Origin: Desulfobacterales bacterium
GTDB lineage: Bacteria > Desulfobacterota > Desulfobacteria > Desulfobacterales > UBA5616
DNA: 64,000 nt
Direction of reading: 5' to 3'
NCBI GenBank assembly: GCA_046483495.1
Contig: JAWODC010000070.1
Coordinates: 1-64,000, forward strand
Part shown: positions 11,018-23,304 of the stretch, in pieces
Layout of the letters: each line of letters opens with the position of its first letter
Numbering within the stretch: position 1 is the first letter of the stretch
Translations under genes and position numbers: made by a program
The notes under the pieces: generated by a model
Told to the model about the DNA's origin: nothing
Database searches by the model: none
What the model saw: only the letters and a program-made list of their open reading frames with translations

Positions 11018-11536
11018 ATGCTCGATATTGCTGTTGCCTATAATCGATTTAAATTTCTGGGATTGGAGTTTCTCACCTGGCTCTGGTTTTCAATTGACAC
11101 CGACACCGGTTCACCACCCGAAACCAAAAATTTATCTATCGGCAATCGAATCGTTCTGGAAAACAGACAAAACAATAGAATTGAAAGCCTTATGATAAAA
11201 GGAGATGATGCAGGATTGGAGGAAGGGCTGCTTGCATTGAGAAAAGGGGCTGTCGTTACAGAAATCAACATCGTCTACACAGAGGGAAATAATCATAAAT
11301 GGCAGTTTTTGCTGAAGGGGGAAGGCCTTACCATCCATCAAATCAAACATCCGGATATCGGCACCATGGAATCATCGGAAGATTTGGATGCCTTTTTATT
11401 CGAGAAAACCCATCATTATCAAAAAATCCTCGATCTGTTGGATACGCTCTTTTCCGCATTCATTCTTCTTAGATTGTCTGAGCAGTGGTCCACCCGTGTT
11501 GTTTCAGACATGAAGCGCTGGATCAGCCAAAGCTGA
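11018..11536 (+). CDS. Conserved protein coupled to the RdgC-like gene (possible C-terminal RdgC-like half)
   Basis: FLGLEFLTWLWF...EGLLALRKG motif; starts 2 nt after the upstream stop. Confidence 0.55.
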   Translation: MLDIAVAYNRFKFLGLEFLTWLWFSIDTDTGSPPETKNLSIGNRIVLENRQNNRIESLMIKGDDAGLEEGLLALRKGAVVTEINIVYTEGNNHKWQFLLKGEGLTIHQIKHPDIGTMESSEDLDAFLFEKTHHYQKILDLLDTLFSAFILLRLSEQWSTRVVSDMKRWISQS

Positions 11537-11539
11537 ATT

Positions 11540-11765
11540 TAAACGCACCGATTGTTTATTTCGTATTGAAATTTTGTTAATAATTTAATAGTTATAAACA
11601 AAACTGGAACTTTTGTCAGGAGGCAATTTAAAGACCATCTTTTTTCATTACGTTTTCATCACTTCATGATATAATTTCCAATGAAAAATTAAAACGTTAA
11701 ATCGTTATCAACAAAACCGACAGCTCTAATTACAATATTTTTTATTTATCTTAAGGAAAATAAAA
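11540..11765. other. Candidate replication origin (oriC) / DNA unwinding element
   Basis: Very AT-rich intergenic region before dnaN; DnaA-box-like TGTTAATAA (11575), TTATAAACA (11592), TTATCAACA (11705), followed by a short GC spacer and an AT tract. Confidence 0.6.
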
Positions 11766-15289
<3,524 letters not shown>

Positions 15290-15402
15290 CATCCGGAAAC
15301 GGCATCTTTTGGCCCTTGAACGGTTTTTGTTTTTTTTCGAAATTCTCAAACATTTCATTCAATCCGCCCGTGGGAATGGAAGAAAAATCGCGGTGATCCT
15401 TT

Positions 15403-16062
15403 ATGCTTAATATCGTTTCAATCGAAGCCAGAGATATCCCTGATGCCTGGTTTCAATGTGTATACCACATCATTGATCAGGGGCACCGTTATGTGATTGA
15501 CCGGGGAAGTTATGAAGGACAGGAAAGACTCGAATTCGATTACATTACCGTACATATCGCTTATCCGGGGGTTCGCCCGCTGATACCGGATATTCCCCCG
15601 GCCCTGGGAATACCCAATCCGGTGGCGGACGGATATATCGAAGAATATCTACCCTATCTGATGACCTCGGAGAAACAGCCCAATGAAGATTACACCTATG
15701 GACAATACCTGGAATCCCAGATAGCGGAAGTGATCCAAATGTACAAAAATGACGGCCACGGCACCAACCAGGCCTATATGACCGTCGGAGATCCGGAGGC
15801 CGTTCTTTTGCGTGATCCACCCTGTTTGAGGGGTATCGATACGCGAGTTCGTTATGGAAAGCTGCATTTCATGGTTTATTTTCGGTCCTGGGATTTGTGG
15901 AACGGATTTCCGGCAAACTTGGGGGCCATTCAAATGTTGAAAGAATATATGGCTGAAGAAATCGGGGTTGAAGACGGAGAAATTATCGCTGCAAGCAAGG
16001 GGCTTCATCTGTACGATTACATTTGGGAACTGGCAAAGCTGAGAACCATGAAGAATTCATAG
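15403..16062 (+). CDS. thyA: Short (archaeal-type) thymidylate synthase
   Basis: YTYG, PPCL (catalytic Cys), FRSWD, ANL, HLY; only 219 aa. Confidence 0.8.
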   Translation: MLNIVSIEARDIPDAWFQCVYHIIDQGHRYVIDRGSYEGQERLEFDYITVHIAYPGVRPLIPDIPPALGIPNPVADGYIEEYLPYLMTSEKQPNEDYTYGQYLESQIAEVIQMYKNDGHGTNQAYMTVGDPEAVLLRDPPCLRGIDTRVRYGKLHFMVYFRSWDLWNGFPANLGAIQMLKEYMAEEIGVEDGEIIAASKGLHLYDYIWELAKLRTMKNS

Positions 16063-16067
16063 ATCAA

Positions 16068-16160
16068 TGCCCATCCAGAAATGGCTGATTCTCTCCATTT
16101 CTTCGTTGGCCGGAAAATGTTAATCTTCAAACTACGCAAGGTATTCTTGCGGTTAAAATT
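16068..16160 (+). repeat. Dispersed MITE-like repeat, copy A (3' truncated, runs into asnS stop)
   Basis: TGCCCATCCAGAAATGGCTGATTCTCTCCATTTCTT aligns by eye with copies at 35.7, 43.0 and 43.8 kb. Confidence 0.75.
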
Positions 16161-17535
16161 CGATCGATTTCGGTGTCCTGGGAAAAGGAATAACATCCCT
16201 GATATTTTTGATGCCGGTGACCAGCATCATCATGCGTTCGAAACCGAGTCCGAAACCGCTGTGCGGCACCGAACCATATCGCCGTGAATCGAGATACCAC
16301 CAGTAGACTTCCTTATCCAAATTCATTTCCATCATGCGTAATTCAAGCACACCCAACCGTTCTTCCCGTTGACTTCCGCCGATAATTTCACCGATCTTCG
16401 GGACCAGTATGTCCATAGCGGCAACGGTGTTTTGGTCATCGTTTACTCTCATATAAAACGGTTTTATGGACTTGGGAAAGTTATAGACGATGACCGGCTT
16501 TTTAAAATGAATTTCGGTAAGGTATCGTTCGTGCTCCGACTGAAGATCTCTTCCGAAGACGGGTTCAAAATCGAAAGCTCTCTTCGCTGAGTTCAAAATG
16601 TCAATGGATTCCGAATAGGTAAGCCGCACAAAATTCGAATTAACAAGATTATCCAGGGTGGACCGGAGACCTTTATCGACGAATTTTGCAAACAGTTCTA
16701 TGTCATCGGGATGGGACTGCAAGATGCTGTGCGTCAGATATTTTATCAGGTTCTCGCCCAAATCCATACTTTCATAAAGATCGCAGAACGCCATCTCCGG
16801 TTCAACCATCCAAAATTCCGCCATATGTCGGCTGGTGTGAGAATGTTCAGCCCGGAATGTAGGGCCGAACGTATACACATCGCCTAACGCCAGGGCCAAC
16901 ATCTCGGCTGAAAGCTGGCCCGATACGGTCAGACCGGCTTCTTTTCCGAAAAAATCTTGTGAAAAATCAATGTCGCCGTTTGTGATCGGCATGCTGAGAA
17001 AGTCCAGCGTCGAAACCCGAAAAAGCTCTCCTGCGCCTTCACAATCCGATCCTGTGATAATGGGGGTATGGATATAAACAAAACCGCGCTTTTTAAAAAA
17101 AGAATGGACCGCGTCCGACAATCCCGATCGAATTCTGAAAGCGGCACCGTACTTATTGGTTCGGGCTCTTAGATGGGCAATCGTCCGCAGGTATTCATCG
17201 CTGTGCCGTTTTTTTTGGAGCGGATAATCCTCCGGTGCGATGCTGATGATCTCGACGGTCTTTGCCGCAAGCTCCCATTTTTGTCCGGCTCCTTTTGATG
17301 ATATCAAATCACCGGTAACGGAGACCGCAGACCCGGTGGTTAGTTTTTTCAGGTCCGAATAATTCGACAGATGCCGATCGGCGATTACCTGAAGATTTTT
17401 TAAACAGGATCCGTCATTTACCTCTAAGAAGGAAAAATCCTTCGCATCCCGACGGGTTCTGACCCACCCCTTGACGGTCACACCTCCCGCAGGTCTTTCG
17501 AAACCCAACAACCGATTGATTTTGATTCGTTTCAT
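16153..17535 (-). CDS. asnS: Asparagine--tRNA ligase
   Basis: GWVRTRR, LTVSGQL, GPTFRAE, EFWMVEPE, GGSQRE, GFGLGFER, PFPR. Confidence 0.96.
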   Translation of the reverse strand: MKRIKINRLLGFERPAGGVTVKGWVRTRRDAKDFSFLEVNDGSCLKNLQVIADRHLSNYSDLKKLTTGSAVSVTGDLISSKGAGQKWELAAKTVEIISIAPEDYPLQKKRHSDEYLRTIAHLRARTNKYGAAFRIRSGLSDAVHSFFKKRGFVYIHTPIITGSDCEGAGELFRVSTLDFLSMPITNGDIDFSQDFFGKEAGLTVSGQLSAEMLALALGDVYTFGPTFRAEHSHTSRHMAEFWMVEPEMAFCDLYESMDLGENLIKYLTHSILQSHPDDIELFAKFVDKGLRSTLDNLVNSNFVRLTYSESIDILNSAKRAFDFEPVFGRDLQSEHERYLTEIHFKKPVIVYNFPKSIKPFYMRVNDDQNTVAAMDILVPKIGEIIGGSQREERLGVLELRMMEMNLDKEVYWWYLDSRRYGSVPHSGFGLGFERMMMLVTGIKNIRDVIPFPRTPKSIEF

Positions 17536-17769
17536 GCGATCGTATCATGACCGGGCGCAATATACACGCGCTGACTTTAATTTATTGATAACATCCAACC
17601 TTATTCCTTCATCCCGTCTCGCCCACCCTGTGAGCAAAAGCGCCCAAAGCGCTTCATTTCAATATCAAAATCAAAAAACGAATAAGAAAACAAAATATAG
17701 CATTCGATTTCAGTGACCGCAAGAGGTTGTCATGCGATCGTTTATCTATCCAAAACCCTTAAAAAGGAG

Positions 17770-17831
17770 TTGACAGGTAATATGTATCCGTATAATGTAT
17801 GCAGAATTCGAATAATGAATCATAATTCATT
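17770..17831 (+). promoter_or_regulatory. sigma70-type promoter and palindromic operator of the tetR-RND operon
   Basis: TTGACA (17770) and TATAAT (17791), 15-nt spacer; AATGAAT-CATA-ATTCATT palindrome at 17814-17831. Confidence 0.6.
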
Positions 17832-17843
17832 TTGGAGAAAGCA

Positions 17844-18476
17844 ATGCTTCAAAAAAATCTGACTCGCAAACAGCGGGAATTTATGCGCCACCGGGAAGAA
17901 ATCATGCTCACGGCATTGTCCCTGTTCTCGGAAAAAGGATTCAACAATGTTTCCATGCAGGAAATAGCCGTGAGGTCGGAATTTGCGGTGGGCACCCTCT
18001 ATAAATTTTTTTCGACAAAGGAAGAGCTTTACAGCGAAGTATTGAAAGAAAAAGTAATGGAATTTCACTCCCATTTAATAAAGTCTTTAAAAACCTCCGG
18101 CAGCGAGATAAAGAGGCTGAGAATGTTTTTGGAAAAAAAGCTTCAGTGGTTCAAAGAAAATATGGATTTTGTCCGTTTATTTGTCACAGAAACGTTCGGC
18201 GTCGGTTTTATCGACAAGACGGAGCTGGATCAGATCAATGAAAGGGTTCACAAAGAGTTGTTGAATGAAATCGGAAACCTGTTTAAAAGCGGTATTCAGA
18301 AAAAAATTTTTAAACGCATGGATCCCCATTTCTTGGCTGTTTCTTTAAATGGTTTGTCAAACGGAATCCTGTTCGAGCTTATCGAAAACAAGGATTTTGG
18401 ACTTTTCGACTCGGAAATTGTATTGAAACTCTTCCTGCAATCCATATGTTTCGAGGAAGTGGAAAACATCATGTGA
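17844..18476 (+). CDS. TetR/AcrR family transcriptional regulator
   Basis: LFSEKGF..SMQEIA....AVGTLYKFF..KEEL helix-turn-helix. Confidence 0.92.
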   Translation: MLQKNLTRKQREFMRHREEIMLTALSLFSEKGFNNVSMQEIAVRSEFAVGTLYKFFSTKEELYSEVLKEKVMEFHSHLIKSLKTSGSEIKRLRMFLEKKLQWFKENMDFVRLFVTETFGVGFIDKTELDQINERVHKELLNEIGNLFKSGIQKKIFKRMDPHFLAVSLNGLSNGILFELIENKDFGLFDSEIVLKLFLQSICFEEVENIM

Positions 18477-18532
18477 TTCAACCACGGTTAAAAAATTACC
18501 GGATTCGGTAACTTTTAGTGAAAGGAACCCGT

Positions 18533-19687
18533 ATGAAAGAGAAGGCAATCGGGAAAAAAGGCGTGCTGGTAACAGCCATAATTATTGCTGTATTAATTCT
18601 GATTTTTGGAATGAATTTAATCAGAGCCGGCCGCCATGTCGGTCAAAGCGAGGTGGCGCCCGAGATAATACCGGTTAAGGTTTCGGAATCGCAAATCATG
18701 GAGATTGAACAGGTTTTGGAACTCACCGGCAATATTGAAGCCTTGCTGGAAGTCGATGTCTTTAACAAGATTCCCGGAAAAATAATTCAGGATATCTATG
18801 TGGAAACCGGTGACCGCATTCGAGCGGGCGAAAAAATCGCGACTCTCGAAACGGATGCCATACTGGCCAAGTTAGAGCGGGCAAAAGCGGCATTGGAACT
18901 GGCCCGGGCCGGCCTGAAGCAGGCGGAAACCAATTACGAGCTTCTGGTGAAGGATAAGCGGCGCCTGGAAAATCTGTTTCGGGAAAAAGCTGTTTCCGAA
19001 CAGAAAATGGACCATATAGAGGCACAGGTAAAAACGGCTCTTGAAACCAAAAACCTGGGGCAGGCGCAAATAAAGCAGGCCGAGGCAACGCTCAAGGAAT
19101 TGTATATCGCCTATAAGGATCATACGTTGACAGCGCCGATATCCGGGTACATATCCAAGCGTTATGTCGATAAGGGAACGATGTCTTCTCCCGGTACCCC
19201 CGTGATCAAAATTTCCAATGAAGATGTACTGAAAATCGTCACATCGGTAACGGGAAAGGATATCGTCGATATCAATAAGGGAATGCTGGTGGACATATAC
19301 GTGGATGCTTTTCCGGACGAAACGATAAAGGGGTCTGTGAGTATCGTGAGCCCAACGATAAATCCGGATACCCGGTCGGGTGAAATCGAAATTCATATTG
19401 ACAATTCCGACCACCGGCTGCGCGCAGGCATGTTCGCCCGGGTCCATTTGTACAAGGGTAAAAAACAGGCAACGGTGATAGACCGTGATGGGTTATTAAA
19501 AATACCGGGAACGGGAAATTATTATACGTTCGTGGTAAATGACGGACAGGCGGTCAGAAAAAATGTGAAAAAAGGTGTAGAACAAGGACGATTGACCGAA
19601 ATCGCTTCCGGAATCGAGCCCGGCGAAAAAATCGTAGTAACCGGCCAGAATCGTCTCAAAGAGGGATCCCCGGTTTCGATTCAATAG
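18533..19687 (+). CDS. RND efflux periplasmic adaptor (membrane fusion protein)
   Basis: N-terminal TM anchor, lipoyl halves flanking a coiled coil, TAPISG, LRAGMFA. Confidence 0.92.
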   Translation: MKEKAIGKKGVLVTAIIIAVLILIFGMNLIRAGRHVGQSEVAPEIIPVKVSESQIMEIEQVLELTGNIEALLEVDVFNKIPGKIIQDIYVETGDRIRAGEKIATLETDAILAKLERAKAALELARAGLKQAETNYELLVKDKRRLENLFREKAVSEQKMDHIEAQVKTALETKNLGQAQIKQAEATLKELYIAYKDHTLTAPISGYISKRYVDKGTMSSPGTPVIKISNEDVLKIVTSVTGKDIVDINKGMLVDIYVDAFPDETIKGSVSIVSPTINPDTRSGEIEIHIDNSDHRLRAGMFARVHLYKGKKQATVIDRDGLLKIPGTGNYYTFVVNDGQAVRKNVKKGVEQGRLTEIASGIEPGEKIVVTGQNRLKEGSPVSIQ

Positions 19688-19727
19688 CGCACCATGTTTC
19701 CGTCATGATGAACGAGGGAGGTAAAGA

Positions 19728-22700
19728 ATGAATTTGCCGGAATTCTCGGTAAAACAGCCGATTGCCACAATAATGCTTTTTTTGGCCATTGCCTTAATCG
19801 GACTCTTTTCGCTGGATCGCCTGAGTGTCGATCTGTATCCGGAGGTAGAACCGCCGTTTATTTCCATAATAACCACCTGGCCGGGGGCCAGCGCCTCGGA
19901 TGTCGAAACCGAGGTAACCGAGGAGATCGAATCCTGGGCCAACATGCTCAACGATCTGGACACCCTCTATTCCAGATCGATGGACAACCTCAGCATCGTA
20001 TCCTGCCGCTTTGATTTTGGAACGGATTTGGATGCAGCCAGTAACGATATCAGGGATATGCTGGGATTCGTGCGGCGAGATCTTCCGGATGATGCCGAAG
20101 AACCGATTATATTCAAACTCAGCAGTTCCACCATGCCGATTTTATACCTGAATATCACCGCCGATCAAAGCTGGCCCAGTCTATACCACATCGCCGACAA
20201 TGAAATCGGGGATGAATTGAAGCGGGTTCCGGGCGTGGGCGGCGTCGTTATACACGGCGGCATGCAGCGCCAGATCAATGTTTATTTCGATATGGAAAAG
20301 ATCGAAAAATTCCACTTGTCCTTGCAGCGGGTCAACCAGATACTGGCCGCCGAAAATCTGAATATTCCGGCCGGCAGCGTCAAATACGGCCAAAAGGACT
20401 ACTTTGTCAGGGTTCCTGCACGCTACGATACCATTGGGGAGATGAAGGACACCATTATCGGAAATTTTAATAACCGGCCGGTATATCTTAAAGATGTGGC
20501 CACCGTTGCGGATGATTTCGAACCCCTGGAGATGTATGCCTACGGAGACGGCAAACCCGGCATCCTCATGATGGTTATGAAACAATCCGGAAGCAATACC
20601 GTCGATGTTATCGATGAGGCGAAAACGCGGTTGGAACGAATACGGGGACAGCTGCCCTCGGATGTCAAGGTTAAAATTGCGGCGGATGCTTCCGAGGATA
20701 TCATCAAATCCATCCACAGCCTCAGATCCACATTGTTCTGGAGCATCTTTTTCATCGCCGTTGTGACGGTCTTGTTCCTGCGGAAAACCCGTTCCGCCCT
20801 GATCATTATCTTCAACATACCGTTTTGCTTGATCGGCTCGTTTATTTTTATTTATCTGTTCGGCTATACGATCAACATGGTCACACTGCTGGCGATAGCC
20901 ATCGCCTCGGGCTTGGTGCTGGACAGCGGCATCGTAGTATTGGACAATATCGTCAGGTATCTCGAAAGAGGCAGGAAAATCAACCCGTCATCTGTATTCG
21001 GGGCCAACGAAATGGGTATAGCCATTACGGCCTCGACAATGACGACCGTAGTCGTTTTCGCTCCGCTGATGTTCGTAGGAGGCATCGCCGGCATTATCTT
21101 CAGACCCCTGGCCTTCGTGGTGGTGATCACCTTGGGCATTTCCTTGTTGGCCGCTCTTATGCTGACGCCCATGCTGGCCTCCAAATGGCTGGATCCGGAA
21201 AAAGAAAACCCAAAGGTCAACGGGTTTATAAAGAAGGCTTATGAACATTCGGAAAAGGGATTCAAATACCTGGAAAGCAGGTACACGGATCTGCTTGACT
21301 GGTCTCTACGCCACCGAAAAACGGTGATTTTTCTGGCCGTAGCTGTTTTTATATCCAGCCTCTCGTTTATTCCTTTTCTTTCCACATCCTTTTTCCCGAA
21401 CCGCGACACCGGTGATATTTCAGTATCCTTCAGAATGGAGGAGGGAACGCGAATAGAGGAGACGGTCGGTGTTCTCGAGAACGTCATGAATAACATACAT
21501 CAACTGGTCTCGGAAGAGGAGTTGAGAAGCTATGCGGCTCGAGTCGGCAGGACCAAGGAGGGCATTTCATCCGCTGTCGGATTTGAAGAGGGAACGAATG
21601 CCGGTTCACTGACCTTCAAACTCGTAGACAAGGATAAACGGCAACGCTCGGTGGAGGACGTGGCAAAAGGACTCAGAGACTGGTTTGCTGCTATTCCCGG
21701 AATCATCGAGATCAGCGTCATCACGAAGAGCTCCACCGAAAGTGCGATGCAGGCCGGGCAAAAACCGATCAATATCGAAATCCAGGGATACGATATGGAA
21801 AAAAATATGGCGTTTGCCCGGGAGGTGCTGGAAATTATGGAAAGAATCCCCGGAGCGGCGGATGTAAACATTTCGCAGAAGGATCCCAGGCCGGAGATCT
21901 GGATCGAGATCGACCGCAAAAAAGCGTCCGATCTGGGACTCAACATCATGGCGATAGCCGGCACCTTGCGGAATTATATCTACGGCATTGAAGTAAGCAA
22001 ATTCCGGGATAGCGGCGAGTCCTTCAATATCGTAACCCGATTTACCGAAGAGGATAAGAACAGGCTGGAAAACCTGGGAAACATTCCGCTGATGACCATG
22101 GAAGGCCGGATGGTCAAACTCAAAAATGTCGCGGCTGTTCGGCAGGGCTTAGGCCCCATCGAAATTGAACGCAAAAACCGGCAGCGAATCGTCCAGGTGC
22201 AGAGTGATCTTTACCAGCGCGCGCTCGGCGAGGTCGCAGCAGATATACGATCGGAACTGAACAAGATCGGTACACCGCCCGGGATCACCGTGGAAATGGG
22301 CGGCGAAGTCGAGGACCAACGGGAAGCCTTTCGGGATTTGACGGTCATGTTGATCCTCGGCATTATTTTGGTATACATGATCATGGCATCGCTCTTCGGG
22401 GATTTGAGAGATCCCTTCATCGTCATGTTTTCCGTGCCGTTTGCCTTTTCGGGCGTAATTATAGCATACTATATAACTGATACCACATTGAGCCTTTTAT
22501 CCTTTATGGGTGTGATTATGCTCATGGGCATCGTGGTCAACAACGCGATTGTTTTGATCCACTATATTCATTTATTGCAGAAGCGGGGATTGTCGGTTGT
22601 CGATTCCATTCGTGAGTCAGGCAGGGCTCGGCTGCGGCCGGTACTGATGACGACGTGCACGACCTTTTTCGCCATGCTGCCGGTGGCGACCAGCACCAGA

Positions 22701-22898
22701 GTTGGCGCTGAAGGATGGCGGGACTTGGGTATTACGATTCTGGGCGGGCTTTCCGTTTCCGCTTTGATTACCCTGCTGCTGATACCGACACTTTACTACA
22801 TGTTTGAACGGCGCAAGGCCGGCAGTATTTCAAGCGGTGAGCCCCAAACAGAAGTGTTGACTATCGAGGCTGAAAGACCAGAGGAAACGAAGGCGTGA
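19728..22898 (+). CDS. RND efflux permease (AcrB/AcrD/AcrF family)
   Basis: 1056 aa with two large periplasmic loops; PGAS, RLRPVLMT, GGL. Confidence 0.95.
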   Translation: MNLPEFSVKQPIATIMLFLAIALIGLFSLDRLSVDLYPEVEPPFISIITTWPGASASDVETEVTEEIESWANMLNDLDTLYSRSMDNLSIVSCRFDFGTDLDAASNDIRDMLGFVRRDLPDDAEEPIIFKLSSSTMPILYLNITADQSWPSLYHIADNEIGDELKRVPGVGGVVIHGGMQRQINVYFDMEKIEKFHLSLQRVNQILAAENLNIPAGSVKYGQKDYFVRVPARYDTIGEMKDTIIGNFNNRPVYLKDVATVADDFEPLEMYAYGDGKPGILMMVMKQSGSNTVDVIDEAKTRLERIRGQLPSDVKVKIAADASEDIIKSIHSLRSTLFWSIFFIAVVTVLFLRKTRSALIIIFNIPFCLIGSFIFIYLFGYTINMVTLLAIAIASGLVLDSGIVVLDNIVRYLERGRKINPSSVFGANEMGIAITASTMTTVVVFAPLMFVGGIAGIIFRPLAFVVVITLGISLLAALMLTPMLASKWLDPEKENPKVNGFIKKAYEHSEKGFKYLESRYTDLLDWSLRHRKTVIFLAVAVFISSLSFIPFLSTSFFPNRDTGDISVSFRMEEGTRIEETVGVLENVMNNIHQLVSEEELRSYAARVGRTKEGISSAVGFEEGTNAGSLTFKLVDKDKRQRSVEDVAKGLRDWFAAIPGIIEISVITKSSTESAMQAGQKPINIEIQGYDMEKNMAFAREVLEIMERIPGAADVNISQKDPRPEIWIEIDRKKASDLGLNIMAIAGTLRNYIYGIEVSKFRDSGESFNIVTRFTEEDKNRLENLGNIPLMTMEGRMVKLKNVAAVRQGLGPIEIERKNRQRIVQVQSDLYQRALGEVAADIRSELNKIGTPPGITVEMGGEVEDQREAFRDLTVMLILGIILVYMIMASLFGDLRDPFIVMFSVPFAFSGVIIAYYITDTTLSLLSFMGVIMLMGIVVNNAIVLIHYIHLLQKRGLSVVDSIRESGRARLRPVLMTTCTTFFAMLPVATSTRVGAEGWRDLGITILGGLSVSALITLLLIPTLYYMFERRKAGSISSGEPQTEVLTIEAERPEETKA

Positions 22899-22921
22899 TT
22901 TCATAAAGGCGGTTTCTCAAG

Positions 22922-23212
22922 ATGAAAATGTATTTGATTGTATACGATGCGGGATTCGATGAAGATGTAAATGAAACGCTTGTTTCGTGCTGCATCACCG
23001 GATTTACCAAGTGGAGCCAGGTGCTGGGGAAGGGTGAAAAATCGGTTCCAAAGATGAATGATGCCGTGTGGCCGGGCTATAATTGCGCCATTTTAATGGC
23101 CGTTGATCCGTCCGAAGAACCGGAAATCCGAACGGCGCTGGATGACCTGTATGAACGGTTGGGCAGCGCCGGTATCCGGGTATATAGCTGGGAAGTTGGG
23201 AGGATGTTTTGA
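22922..23212 (+). CDS. Small PII-like transporter-associated protein (PG0541-type)
   Basis: GFTKW..V.GKG....P.M..AVWPGYN motif directly after an RND permease. Confidence 0.7.
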   Translation: MKMYLIVYDAGFDEDVNETLVSCCITGFTKWSQVLGKGEKSVPKMNDAVWPGYNCAILMAVDPSEEPEIRTALDDLYERLGSAGIRVYSWEVGRMF

Positions 23213-23304
23213 TGCCCGCGGCCTATCATGATAGCCCGGTGATTCAAGGCGCCCGCCGAACGGGAACAATTTAACTCGTTTTCGAGGCCTTGAATGCGAG
23301 GCGG

